A stretch of DNA of 63,299 bases, filler included, from Octopus bimaculoides (Eukaryota), in assembly GCF_001194135.2 (NCBI RefSeq). It is 6 parts of 5 records of this genome, joined end to end, with 100 filler letters (N's around TTAATTAATTAA, not from the genome) between each part and the next. Parts side by side here need not be neighbours in the genome. Positions count along the whole stretch, not along the records: positions 18,245 to 27,342 come from NC_068987.1; positions 27,443 to 37,855 come from NC_068983.1; 4 more parts are not named here. One strand, written 5' to 3'. Below the pieces are notes generated by a model. The model was not told the origin of the DNA and searched no databases. It saw only the letters and a program-made list of their open reading frames with translations. The position numbers and the translations under genes were made by a program. This document shows, in pieces, positions 23,022 through 36,488 of this stretch; within the stretch, counting starts at the first letter, position 1; the number at the start of each line of letters is the position of its first letter.

Positions 23022-23027
<6 letters not shown>
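22915..23027. mobile_element. Small palindromic MITE-like element
   Basis: Inverted repeats of about 33 bp, ataataaggataaagtcattatttaatgattta / taaatcattaaataataactctatccttattat, next to (TA)n. Confidence 0.5.
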
Positions 23028-23055
<28 letters not shown>

Positions 23056-24077
23056 TTGTCGCTGGAAAAAGCATATAGTATTTTACGAGTGGAATGAGTT
23101 TTCATCTCTAGCTTGCGATTAACATACACTGTGGACGGCTAGAGATGGCTAGAGATGGGAGCGATGACCTCTCCTCGCAAATAATAATCGGACACAGAAT
23201 GTGTGTCGTTAGCCAGTTGGAGGAGATGTCTTCTTGTGGCTATAAACGTCAGTAGCACTGTTCTGTATAGGACGCCATACTTGGTTGGCAATTACATACA
23301 TATATATATATATATATATATANNNNNNNNNNNNNNNNNNNNNNNNNNNNNNNNNNNNNNNNNNNNNNNNNNNNNNNNNNNNNNNNNNNNNNNNNNNNNN
23401 NNNNNNNNNNNNNNNNNNNNNNNNNNNNNNNNNNNNNNNNNNNNNNNNNNNNNNTTGGCGCCAAGCAGTGTTTAGGCATAAACAAAATTTAGGTTAGTTA
23501 AAATATGCTTGTGACATATTTCAACTGCTAAAAGGTAAATACACTGCAGTTACCGTGGAGAAAATATCTCTCTTATGGTAAAAAGGTGTGAAAACACCCG
23601 TTTTGGTCAGTATCGCCACCTATCAGGAATCCCAGACATCGATGTTTCGAGTTTATTGACTCTTGTCAATGGGATGCACCTAAGACAACTCTGAACAAAC
23701 TTATAAAGCAATAGCTTTGATTAAAATCCCGTCAACACGTTGACTGATTTCTCTGGTAGATCGCTCGATCGAGAAAATATACATATATGCCTACATACTT
23801 ACATGAAATGTGATGACCAACTAGTTTACAAAGAGGTTCCTCTCAGAGGGTAGCTTTATGTTTTCCAGGTCTGATAATGCCCAGGTCTGAATGTTACTGG
23901 ATTTAAGACGTCCGACCTGCATTACTTTCTCTCTCTCTCTTTTTCTCTCCCTTTCTCTCCCCTCTCTCTACATCTCTCTGCCTCTATCTATCTTTCTATC
24001 AATCTATCTATCTATCTATCTCTATCTATCTATCTATCTATCTGTATCTATCTATCTTTACCTATACATACATAGAC

Positions 24078-24460
24078 GTAGGCGTGGCTGTGCGGTAAGA
24101 AGCTTGCTTCCCAACCACATGGTTCCGTGTTCAGTCCCACTGCGTGGCACCTTGGGCAAGTGTCTTCTACTATAGGTTCGGGCCACCCAGTGCCTTGTGA
24201 GTGTGGATTTGGTAGACGGAAACTGAAAGAAACCCGTCGTATATTTGTGTGTGTGTGTATGTACGTATCCCCTATCATCGTTTGACAACCGCTGTTGGTG
24301 TGCTTATGTCCCTGTAACCCAATGGCTCAGCATAAGAGACCAATAGATTAAGAACCAGGCTTTAAAATAAAGCACAGGGGTTGAATCATTCGACTAAAAG
24401 TTCTTCAAGGCGGTGCCCCAGCATGGCCGCAGTCTAATGACTGAAGCTAACAAGAGTAAA
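24078..24460 (+). mobile_element. SINE A copy
   Basis: Head, core, short internal microsatellite and tail are all present. Confidence 0.85.
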
Positions 24461-24584
24461 GACATTAATAATTTCTCTCTAGCTCTATTTCTCTCTCTCC
24501 TTTTCTTTCTCCCTCTCTCCCTCTCTCGCTCTCTACTTTTCTCCCTCACTCTCTCTCTCTCTCTCTATCTCTATCTCTCTCTAC

Positions 24585-24628
<44 letters not shown>

Positions 24629-25085
24629 CTTTCATTAACCCTTTTCCTCCTTCTCTTTAACCGCTCAGCATCAAACTAGAAACGCATACTTCGCTGCATT
24701 ATAATCCGCTTCCTCGTTTTTACTGTTGATCTCCTTCAGCTCATCCTTTAATAACATTCAATAAATGCTGATCCGTACCTTATTAAAGCTTCTGCCCTCA
24801 GGGTACTTGCTTCTATGGTATTTCTCGCATTCAATTTCATTTCTAAAATCTCCATTCTGTAGGAATATTCTTTCCGGAGGGCTTCATGTTCTGTATACTT
24901 TGGATTTTGTCTCTTTCCAACATTACTGGATTATATTCTTTTCTACTCTAGGCACAAGACCCGAAATTTCNNNNNNNNNNNNNNNNNNNNNNNNNNNNNN
25001 NNNNNNNNNNNNNNNNNNNNNNNNNNNNNNNNNNNNNNNNNNNNNNNNNNNNNNNNNNNNNNNNNNNNNNNNNNNNNNNNNNNNA

Positions 25086-25545
25086 ACATAAAGACAAACG
25101 AAATACCGTTAAGCATCTCGCCCGGCGTGCTAACGTTTCTTATTTCTTTACTGCCCGCAGGGGGCTAAACATAGAGGGGACAAACAAGGACAGACAAAGG
25201 GATTAAGTCGATTACATCGACCCCAGTGCGTAACTGGTACTTAATTTATCGACCCCGAAAGGATGAAAGGCAAAGTCGACCTCGGCGGAATTTGAACTCA
25301 AAACATAAAGACAAACGAAATACCGTTAAGCATCTCGCCCGGCGTGCTAACGTTTCTGCCAGCTCGCCGCCTTTTATTTTTTAAAGATATTCTTTTCTGC
25401 TCTGGGCACAAGGCCCGAAATTTTTGGAGAGGGAGCCAGTTGATTAGATCGACTACAGTGCGCAACTGGTACTTAATTTATCGACCCCGAAATGGTGAAA
25501 TGCAAACTCGACACCGGCGGAATTTGAACTCAGAACGTAAAGACG
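25086..25545 (-). mobile_element. SINE B cluster including a head-inserted dimer
   Basis: The head segment aacataaagacaaacgaaataccgttaagcatctcgcccggcgtgctaacgtttct occurs at both 25086 and 25301. A further copy lies at 25390-25545. Confidence 0.8.
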
Positions 25546-26282
25546 GACGAAATAATTCTCGGATTATCTTACGTTTCAGCTGCGTTTAATGATGTTATAT
25601 TCTCGTCACTGGGTAGATCTGTTCCAATATTTTCTATGGGTTTTCTTTCGATTCTTAACGCCTTGAGTTCAAATACAACCGAGATCGACTTTGCTTTCAT
25701 CCTTTCGATAAAATAAGTACCAGTTGTAAACTGGGGTCGATGTTATTGACTTACCCCCTCCTCCGAAATTGCTGATTTTGTGTGAAAATTTGAAGTCAAT
25801 ATTTTACCTATTTAACAAAGAATTCTAGTTTGGTTTCGCTCTTGTATTTGGTTGACAAGCTTCTTGATGCGAGTTCATGCGTTGGAACATATTTTGTTTG
25901 ACTTTGGGACGGTTATTACGCCAGTCATTGATCAGGTTGCGAATAGCCACGAAAGGACTTTGACAAAACCCATTTAATTGATTGCTCGTTTGACCAAACG
26001 ATTAATCGCATAATCGGTTAATTGGTTAAATGAGTAACCAATTGACTAATAATAATAAAAGAAATGAAATAGAACCAGTGTGTGTTCATTATTGATATAA
26101 TGACACTCCCGAGGTAAACAAAATATTAGTTTCGGACCTCGATTAAAACCATTTCACTTCATTTTCGCTATTAATGACTTTGCAAAAGTCACGAATGTCA
26201 CAATTACATTTTTTTTTTATTAATGTTTATCAGAAACAGCAGAGTGACTCAAGGACCGAGAGTTTCGTGCGTTAGCACTTAC

Positions 26283-26351
26283 CAAACTAATTATAGATCG
26301 AGGTTGTTGTAAATTTATATACCAATGACAATGGTATTTCCCTAGAGAGTT
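26283..26351 (-). other. Orphan candidate exon (69 nt), open in phase 0: NSLGKYHCHWYINLQQPRSIISL
   Basis: Acceptor tttttatagtttgtttcag| and consensus donor TTG|gtaagt. No homology recognised. Confidence 0.35.
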
Positions 26352-27636
26352 CTGAAACAAACTATAAAAACATTTACAATGTCACGTGGATAATTCATAT
26401 TTTTGAAATCTGAAGGCCACAGTTATTTATTCTTTTATATTTTGGCGTTTTTTTTTCTCTGCCTTAATAAAATACGGAGGTTTTTCTGTCTAACCTAAAA
26501 GAAATCTCTATGACTAATGCTAAAGAAAAAAAAAGACATCATGCTCCCTTTTTTTATCCTATTTACGACAGAAACGTTGACACAATACAACCATTATCTT
26601 CTTTCTACAATATATTTCCTTATCATGTACGATAACAATAAATTTATTTCCATCTTACATTAAAACAAAATACATTTTCCCAAAAGCGAAAGCAAAACTA
26701 ATTCACTTGCTAATAATACTTTGTGTATCTGCTTTCATTCCAATTGCATAAATCCGTAACACCCTTCCAGGTTTGAACCGAAATCAACTCTTCTTGCATT
26801 GTTCATCCTTTTCATGTATTTCCTTTTGAACTTAACAACTTGTTTTGTTTTCATGAAATAATTTTAGATAAATGCATGTTGCCGCGATAATTAGTCGCCA
26901 TAGCAACTATCAAATCCAATTAGCAATTTCTTATTAACACTTGGTCATCATGACGTTGATTTCGATGGCTCAAAATGTTAAGTTTTAATTTGTTTATAAG
27001 TTTAATCAAAATATTTTCTTGAAGTTATTTTCAATTTTGTTTCCAACGAAATCAAATCATTTTGACTAATTAAAGATTTTATTTGTTTCAACAAATCTTA
27101 GCGATTATCTTCTCAACAGATCAACAATTGGCAGCTGAAGTTTGTGTGAGAATACAAAAATTTACTCAGATCTGTTACGTAACTGTCATAGTTGTTGGTG
27201 TTGTTGTTGCAATTGTTGTTGGTCGTGGTGTTGTTATTACTATTGCTTAGCTTCAAGGTTGCCTCGGTAGAGCAGACATATGATTGAAACCTCTCCAACC
27301 ATTACCACCACACACACACACACACTCACACACACACACACANNNNNNNNNNNNNNNNNNNNNNNNNNNNNNNNNNNNNNNNNNNNTTAATTAATTAANN
27401 NNNNNNNNNNNNNNNNNNNNNNNNNNNNNNNNNNNNNNNNNNAACGCATCCATAAAACAAACATACAAATCTGCGCATACACTAACACCAAATACTGCAC
27501 ACACACACACACATATGCACAAATACCTAGATGATGTTGATGAATGTTCCAATGAAGGAGCCTTGAATCTATGTTAGAGTCCGGCTCTTTTTCTATGGAC
27601 AAGAAATACAGAAATGAAACTGATTGATAACATACA

Positions 27637-27670
<34 letters not shown>

Positions 27671-28219
27671 CATACAATGCTTACATACAGATGTATCCAA
27701 CACAGACACATGTACACATTTGTACACATTTGCATTCATACTGCGTCGTACCTCTTGTATTTATGCACGCTGTGCTGCACTTGTAACAGTCTTTCTCCAC
27801 AGAGATTTGGCATTTTATGCTTTAATGTTTACATTGGGACGAAAATGCCACCAAACTTACTGCAGTCACTGGAAAAGAATTGCTTTAAATGAGCCATGAA
27901 CAGAGAAAGAAAATAATGGACTTGTGTTTCTGTTTTTGTGATAATCGTTATCCCTGGTTGTCGTCGTGGCATTCGACGCTGTCGTCATCTTTATCATCGT
28001 TTCTGGTGTTGTTGTTGTTGTTGTTATCAAGAGAATTGTCTTTGTTTTTTTGGGGTTTTTTTTCTTTTTTTGTTTGTTTTTCGCATTACGCATACGGGGG
28101 TGAGGAATTATTGGTTTCTTCTTTGGTTACTTAGTTACTTGGTTGATGGATGTAGGTGGGGTAGAAATTCAGTGAAGAGAGAGAGAGAGAGAGAGAAAGA
28201 AAAGACAAAAGCTTAGACT

Positions 28220-28437
28220 TGGTTCAACTACTGCTACTACAACCACTACCACTACCACCATCACCAGCACTGCTACCGCCATCATTTCTACTTCTGCTAC
28301 TACTACTACTACTACTACTACTACTGCTGCTGTTGCTATTATTACTTCTACTACAACTACTACTGGCACCACCAGCATCACTACTACTACTACCACTACT
28401 ACTACCAGAACCACCAGCAGCACTACCGCCACATTTT

Positions 28438-28475
<38 letters not shown>

Positions 28476-28481
28476 TTGCTT

Positions 28482-28529
<48 letters not shown>

Positions 28530-28555
28530 TTATTATTGCTACTACTACTACTAAA
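28220..28555. repeat. (CTA)n/(CCA)n trinucleotide microsatellite
   Basis: Direct reading. Confidence 0.95.
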
Positions 28556-29772
28556 AATAGCAACAATAATCACGAATGACTTGCGCCCATCTTGTGCCAT
28601 CTCGCGGCATTTCCTTTTAATCGAAGAAATCCCCTCTCCACCCCCAGTGCTTATTATATTTTTTAAAGGCTGGTACTTCTTCTATCATATCGTTTGTCAA
28701 ACCGCTAAGTTACCTGAACGTAAACTACCCTATAGCGGTTATCAAGCGGAAGTGAGGAACAAAGATACATACATATAGATATATATTTATTTATTTATTT
28801 ATGAACGGGCTTCCACATAGTTTCCGTCAAGCAAATTCACTCACAAAACATTGGACGGTCTGCGTCATAGTAGAAGACACTTGCCTAAAGTGCTGAGAAG
28901 TGGGACTGAACTCGGAACCACGTGATTGAAAACTGAGCTTCTTAACCATGTGGTTAGTTGATTAAGTATTTTCGTTGTCTTCTGTATAAACTCCAGCGGG
29001 ATATTTAGAAAGACAAGATCGACCTTGGTAAGATTTGAACTCAGAGCATAAAGCGAGTATTACTTCGCACTGCAAAGTGCTTTTCTATATCTACTTCCCA
29101 ACCTCAATATAATTTTGTGGTGAAAAGAAAATCCTCAAAAATAAGCAAATACGTTGTTCAGTTGAACTACGTCAACATCCAGAGGTTCGCCGATAACGTC
29201 CACGCCAGTGCTCAGCACAAACCTTCAATTAAATGCAAGAGTTCACGTATCATAAGTCGCATTTCCTGATTGCCACCGAATGTAAGCATCTGTCAACATT
29301 AGTGATACCAGGCACTAGTTTTGTTATTCGCTTGATTCAAGGCGGCGAGCTGACAGAATCGTTAAAATGTCGGACAAAATGCCTTGCATCATTTCTTCTG
29401 GCTCTTACCATTTTGAGTCAGAATGACACCAAGGTCGATTTTTGCTTTTCGTCTTTTCGAAATCGATAAAAATAAGTATCAGTTGCGCCCTATGGAGGGT
29501 ATAATCGACTTAATCCTCCTCTAAAGTTAATAGCTTTGAGCCAAAACTTTGAAGCCTTTACAGATTTGTGAAAGAGATGAGCTGCCAGAAAATTTACTCC
29601 AGCAAACTACAAGCTCACCCTATCGCCAACGAGGAATCTTTGTAGCAGCCACAGCTTCAGTGCACACCCACGAATCATCTACGGTTCCAATTATAGACTG
29701 ACCCATGATACGCTGTACTTGTTCTAGTTTATTGATGCTGCAATTTATCATGACAGAATTTGCTGCTGCTGC

Positions 29773-29818
<46 letters not shown>

Positions 29819-30006
29819 AATGGTGGTGATGCTGGTGGTGTTATTGTTTTTGCTGCTCTTATTGTCGTCGTTATTTTTGTTTCAGCAGCCTTATAGACAA
29901 CTGCATTACAAGTGAAATCCACACTATTTTGTTTCATACATGCTGTATACAGAACTAAATTTTGTCAAATACTCTATGCTTTTGAGAAGGTACAGTAAGT
30001 TTTGAT

Positions 30007-30557
30007 GGAGTTTGGGCTGCCTTTTCAACAACATCGAAAGTTTGCGTGAAGCATTTCTCTTTGAGTCGTTTATTACAAGACGTGCTCTGTTTTATGATAT
30101 ACTTAAGCATATTTTCATTGAAATTCTGATGAGAATATTTTCGGGAATTGATTGAAGATTCCACTTGGAATTGAATGGTAAATCCAAAAAGGTTGTCTTT
30201 ATTCTTTCTCTCTATCAAACCAAACCAATTTGCTGGATTGGCTAGAAAGGGAGAAAAATAAAGACAAAGACTTTCTTCTATTTTTTATTTACCATTCTAT
30301 TGCTAAATCTATTCAGCGAAACCAATTCAGCAAATTAGTTTGCTTAGATAGAGAGAAAATATAAAGAAAAAAACACTTTGGATTTACCATTCAATTCTGA
30401 GTGGATTCTTCAATCAATTCCGGAAATATTCTCTTTAGATTTTCAATGAAAATATGCTTAAGAATATCATAAAACAGAACATTTCTTGTAATAAATAGCC
30501 CAAAGAGGGATGCTTAATGTAGACTTCCAGCATTATAGTAAGAGCACCCCAAACTCC
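30007..30557. repeat. Degenerate palindrome with arms of about 236 bp (30007-30242 and 30322-30557)
   Basis: The arms are collinear reverse complements, for example cttaagcatattttcattgaaa / tttcaatgaaaatatgcttaag. Confidence 0.85.
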
Positions 30558-31046
30558 CTAGATTGATTGAATAGATTTACCAACAGAAATCTAAATCTAA
30601 GAAGTCTTTGTCTTTATTATCCTTTTTCTTTTTCCTATTTCTATTTAACCACACCAATCCATCAAATTGGTTTGACTGAATAGATTTACCAACAGAACGG
30701 CAAATCAGAAAAAGGTCTTAGTTTGTATTCTTTCTCATTATCTAGCCAAACCAGGGAAGATTTAGAAACCACTTCACTCGTCACATGAAATACCTTTGCT
30801 CTGATGGCGTTGATTAAAAAATAAAAGCTTTGTCGATTTACCCTCGACACCGGTTGCTTCCATAGCTACCATCGTACCTCATCCAGATGACCCTCACTTC
30901 ACATTAAGTTCCACTAATTTGAAATCATGTCCAGATTAATGGTGGTGACAATAGAATTTAAGCTATTTCAAAATTACACCTAGGTGGTAGTTGGAAAATA
31001 ATTTCATCTTACTTTATACAATTTCAGACAGCATCTTTTCCAAACA

Positions 31047-31203
31047 TTTACTCGTGTGTAAGTCGCACCTCTTATTTAGATTTAGGTCTTGGGACGAATT
31101 TTTTTCTCTTCATAGTTTTAGCTTTGCCCCGTGTATAGGTCTAACCCTCAATTTATTTTTTTCGATTTAAGTGAAATACAAAATAATGCGACATATACGC
31201 GAG
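31047..31203 (+). mobile_element. Tc1/pogo-type MITE remnant
   Basis: Imperfect inverted termini tactcgtgtgtaagtcgca ... tgcgacatatacgcgag. Confidence 0.5.
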
Positions 31204-32049
31204 CCTCGTTTTTATCTTTGGTCTGTCCCTTTTCAGTTTATTTAATTAAGGGTGGGTCTGCCTTCTGGTAAATTTCCTGAAATGTAGATGAAAGAAGCGC
31301 ATTTGGTTCAAACAAATTATCCAACTTTTAGCATGCAACTATTGGCAGGAGAACAGAAACTAGAAATGTCACTTGGCCTTACAGTAAGGGCAATCTGGGA
31401 TCTATGTGGGATCTATGTGGGTTTTATGCGGAATCTATGATGTTCATTTACTGGTTCGTTTCGTTTCCTTTATTTCCATAACTTGTTTTCCCTGCCTTTT
31501 TTCTCTCATCCATTCTGTGTAACTCACCACAGTTTTTGTACTCTGTCGTTACATCGCCCTTTTGGTCTGTACAGCGCTTACATTATGACAGAACACTGCC
31601 ATGGATGTGTGTTGGTGTTTCTTTCGTATTTATAATTATTATTTATGTATAAGCGAGAGACTGGAAAAAAAACATCAATGTGCATATATAGTGAGAATTT
31701 GTACAGATATAGAAATGGTTGCATATATTAAAATTTTACTCAGAGGCTTGCAGCTTTCGTAAAGAGGAGGAATTTGCAGTCTATGTGTTTACATTTTTAT
31801 GCAGGTTTTGTTTTGCTGTGGCGGGTTTGATAAAATAAAGTACCAGTTAAGCAATAAAGATGATGTACTCAACTATACCCCCACCCTAAAATTTCAGGCT
31901 TTTTGCCTATCATAGAAAGGATTATTAAGGTGGCGAGTTGGCAGGAAACTTAGCATGCCGTCCCACCAAATTTCAAGCCTTGTGCCTATCGTAGAAAGAA
32001 ATATTAATATTACTATTCATGTGTATGAGTCTTGCGATTTTGTCGATGA

Positions 32050-32380
32050 GAATTTGTGATTTCCGACTGCTGTTGCTTAAATTATGCAACGATGCAATAT
32101 TCTAATTTATTGCTATATCCATTAATGACAATCTTTTGCTTAATTCTGGAAATTTCAGTATAGAATAGTTACAGGTTATAACATATTATTTGTGTTCTGT
32201 GCCAGAGTGGTTATATGAATGAAAGTTTGTGCACAAAGGGATATTAACTATTTGCATTAAGGTAAATGCATTTGTTCGTAGGTTTAACGGAAACAATAGA
32301 GATATAAATCTTATTGTTGTACGTATGGACGTTAATAACCAGAAAGGGAATTTTGTTCATTAACTCTCCATTCCAGTCCA
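32050..32380 (-). mobile_element. Penelope-like element reverse-transcriptase remnant
   Basis: IPFL..V....NKIYISI.S.KPTNKCIYLNANS and EISRIKQKIVINGYS match PLE RT thumb motifs (FLD..I...T..Y.KPT...YL...S; EI..IK..L..NGY). Confidence 0.6.
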
Positions 32381-33185
32381 AAAGGTGATATGCAGAATGG
32401 TAGGATGCTAATGACTCCGTTGGGTTAAATAATTGGTTCATATCTTCGACGGTTAGATGCACCGTTAGTCCATGGGTGCAGGCTTGGCTGCGTGGTTAGG
32501 GAGATCGCTTCGTAACTTCGGAATCCCGAATTCAATCCCACCGCGTGACATTTTGGACAGTTGACAAATATCTTCTGCTGTAGCCTTAATGAGATATCGA
32601 TGCTTTGTGAGTGAAAATTAGTAAACGAAACCTGGTTGAGGTTTGTTCAGAAACATTCTAGTCGTAGCTATTCTGTCTTTTATTCACTCATACGCTGTTT
32701 AGAGCGAACGCGCGTGGCAAAGTGGTTACAGTGTTGCAATCACGATCGTGATATTGTAGTTTCGATTCCCGAACCAGGCGGTGCGTTTTGCGTTGTGTAA
32801 CATTAAGCAAAATACTTAATTCCTCGTTGCTCTAGTCCACTCAGATGTTCTAATAATAGCTAGGGATTTAACCTTTCGACGGATTGGTGACCCGTCCATG
32901 AAGAGGTGTTGTAATCTCAGCCACTTATACAACATGGGAACTGGTTAAGTTCCGGCCTTAAGACTCCTACGGCTCATGACATCTACTGTAGTTGGGAATA
33001 CATTAACAAATGTATCCTTCTTTCTTAAGATTGTAACAGACGCTTTGAGATATTCTATTGTTATTTCCAGCCTACCAGCTAACTGCATAGAGACTGCTTC
33101 GTTGTCTGGTGTTCTTGCAGTCTTTGTCACGTGTGTTCCGTTTTAACATTAATGTTGGCATTCTTAATACAGTCGTTAGTCTGAG

Positions 33186-33840
33186 CGGCGAGCTGGCAGA
33201 AACGTTAGCATACCGGGCGAAATGCTTAGTGATATTTCGTCTGCCGTTACGTTCTGAGTTCAAACTCCGCCGAGGTCGACTTTGCCTTTTATCGTTTTGG
33301 GGTCGATTAAATAAGTACCAGTTACGTACTGGAGTCGATATAATCGACTTAATCCGTTTGTCTGTCCTTGTTTGTCCCCTCTGTGTGTAGCACCTTGTGG
33401 GCAGTAAAGAAATAAGAAACGTTAGCACGCCGGGTGAAATGCTTAGCGGTATTTCGTCTGTCTTTACGTTCTGAGTTCAAATTCCGCAGAGGTCAACTTT
33501 GCCTTTCATTCTTTCGGAGTCGATAAATTCAGTACCAGATGCATACTGGGGTTGATCTAATCGACTGGCCTCCTCCCCTACAATTTCGGGCTTTGTGCAT
33601 AGGGCAGAAAAGAATAGTGTTATTCATAATGCGACGAGATGGCAGAATCGTTAGCACGCCGGGCAAAATGCTCAGCAGCCTTTCGTCAATCTTTATGTTC
33701 TGAGTTCAAATTCCGCCGAGGTCGATTTTGCCTTTCATCCTTTTGGGGGCGATAAAATAAGTACCAGTTGCGTACTGGGGTCGATATTTATCGATTTATC
33801 CCTCGCTCAAAATTGCTGACCTTGTGTCAAAATGTGAACC
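33186..33840 (+). mobile_element. Three tandem SINE B copies
   Basis: Copy 1 (33186-33415) ends aaagaaataa and runs into gaaacgttagcacgcc of copy 2. Copy 3 starts at about 33630. Confidence 0.85.
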
Positions 33841-33926
33841 CAATATTGTTATTATTCATATCGATGTGGTCGGCGAATTAGGAGAGTTGTTAGAACGGCA
33901 AATACAATGAATACGTTGCACATTTC

Positions 33927-33981
<55 letters not shown>

Positions 33982-34094
33982 NNNNNNNNNNNNNNNNNNN
34001 NNNNNNNNNNNNNNNNNNNNNNNNNNNNNNNNNNNNNNNNNNNNNNACTCTCTCACTCCCTTTCTTTTTTTCCCTCCCTCTACTTCCCTTCTCC

Positions 34095-34125
<31 letters not shown>

Positions 34126-36456
34126 TCAGTGGTTTCAAGTCCCACCGAAGTCAAATTTGACTTGCACCCTTTCGTGGACCAATAACTGATGTACCAGCTA
34201 AGTACTACGGCCGCCTTGATTCCTTTAGCTGTCAAACCCTGAGTACTTCTCAGCCTCAGATTTTGCCTTCCATCTTGGAATTTGTTAAAACAAGTACTAG
34301 TTGGGTACTGAATACAATGTAATCGACTAGCTCCCTTCCCTCAAATTTCATGCCCGTCCTTTAGTCGCTAGGGTACTCGACACACGATCGTATGGCTATG
34401 AGCTTCATTCCCGACAGTGTAAGACATTTTATTTTACGTTCTTCCAGTTGACCCAGGCAGCAGAAATGAGCTATACCCATGATTCAACAGGGCCAGGCAT
34501 GTCACATTCTGTATGACACTGAATTTCCCTAAGAATTACGATAATGGTAAGCGTGTCTGCGGAAAACTCAGCCACTTGCACGTTAATTTCACAAGCATGT
34601 TGCCCTGCTGATCAGACTATCTGGAAAACTCGTCATCGTAACCGACGGAGCGCCAGGAATAGAATAGTATATANNNNNNNNNNNNNNNNNNNNNNNNNNN
34701 NNNNNNNNNNNNNNNNNNNNNNNNNNNNNNNNNNNNNNNNNNNNNNNNNNNNNNNNNNNNNNNNNNNNNNNNNNNNNNNNNNNNNNNNNNNNNNNNNNNN
34801 NNNNNNNNNNNNNNNNNNNNNNNNNNNNNNNNNNNNNNNNNNNNNNNNNNNNNNNNNNNNNNNNNNNNNNNNNNNNNNNNNNNNNNNNNNNNNNNNNNNN
34901 NNNNNNNNNNNNNNNNNNNNNNNNNNNNNNNNNNNNNNNNNNNNNNNNNNNNNNNNNNNNNNNNNNNNNNNNNNNNNNNNNNNNNNNNNNNNNNNNNNNN
35001 NNNNNNNNNNNNNNNNNNNNNNNNNNNNNNNNNNNNNNNNNNNNNNNNNNNNNNNNNNNNNNNNNNNNNNNNNNNNNNNNNNNNNNNNNNNNNNNNNNNN
35101 NNNNNNNNNNNNNNNNNNNNNNNNNNNNNNNNNNNNNNNNNNNNNNNNNNNNNNNNNNNNNNNNNNNNNNNNNNNNNNNNNNNNNNNNNNNNNNNNNNNN
35201 NNNNNNNNNNAAACAAAGAGCAACATTAAAACAATATTTGACAACAGAAAACTTGAAACACAAACAACAAGAACAACAAGAACAACAACTGCAAAGAGCG
35301 TCGAAAATTTTGTCAAAAATTTCAGCCATTTCTAAAACAACAATAACAAATAGAAGAACAACAGCTGAAACAACAACAACACTAAACACAACATAACTTT
35401 TAAATCTCTTTGGTGTTTAATTTTTTTTTTCTTTCTCCTTTTGTCTGAATTTGTAAAGTTGGTAACTTTGGTTCTGTATATATATATCTTATTTAATTCT
35501 TTTTTTTTTTTTGGAAAAATCAAAGTGTGTTGAACATCGATTTTTCTATTAAAAAAAAAAAGAGAACAGAAAGTATAAAGAGACAGACAGACAGTAAAAA
35601 AAAAGAATACATTGAAGTTTGAACAAAGTCGAAAGAATTACGCAAACACACACGCATGCGCGTAGTAACAGACGCCCATATGTAATACAGAGTAAACCAT
35701 GTTTACAAAAGTCAAACGCTCCCTTATTCGCACGTATAATTTATACACTCTCATATTCACATATACGCACATACTTTATACACATGCATACACCCAGAAG
35801 CCAAACGAAAATGGCTCCTATTGGGGTGCTCAACTTTTACAAGATAGCAGCCAAATCTCCCTCAATTTACACGTTACTGTCTTGGAGAAAGCAGGGCACG
35901 TTGTGAGTGAATCTAGTCTTCATTATACAATGTCTGCGGTAGTGAACCAACAGAATTGTTAGCATGCCGGACAAAATGTTGGGTGGCATTTCTTCCGTCT
36001 CTACGTTCTGAGTTCAAATGCTACTCAGGTCGAGTTTTGCCTTCCATCTTTTGGTTGAGAGGCGATGAACTAAGTACCAGTCAAGTATTGGGGACGATTA
36101 CATCGACTTTCTCCCCCACCAACCACCCACAAAAATGCTGGGCCTATATCATTATACTTATAAGTATAATGATCATTGTACAAGGTAATCCGTAGATAGA
36201 ATAATCCTGGGGATTAAAATATATGAAACTACAGTGATATGGCGGGATAGGGAGAACAAAATCATTAGTAATGTGAATGAATACTCCTAGAATATTTCTG
36301 TCAAGACCTTTGTAAAGTATGAACATAACAGACAGGCCAAATATAACTGTGTGTGATAAGGATCAGAGAATATTGTTTCGTACGTAGCCATGAAATCCAG
36401 GGGAAATTTAAGACTTTGTGACTACGTAACGAAAATCCCTAAACAACGTCTGTAAC

Positions 36457-36488
<32 letters not shown>

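Noticed and set aside
27866-28778. Poly-Ser/Leu/Tyr/Val ORFs; similarly the poly-Asp ORF 52039..52398 and the poly-Met/Ile ORFs 50075..50510
   Set aside because: Translations of trinucleotide microsatellites, with no splice or homology support.
32945-33130. Possible Tc1 transposase HTH remnant (VFPTTVDVMSRRSLKAGT)
   Set aside because: Resemblance too weak to support without a search.
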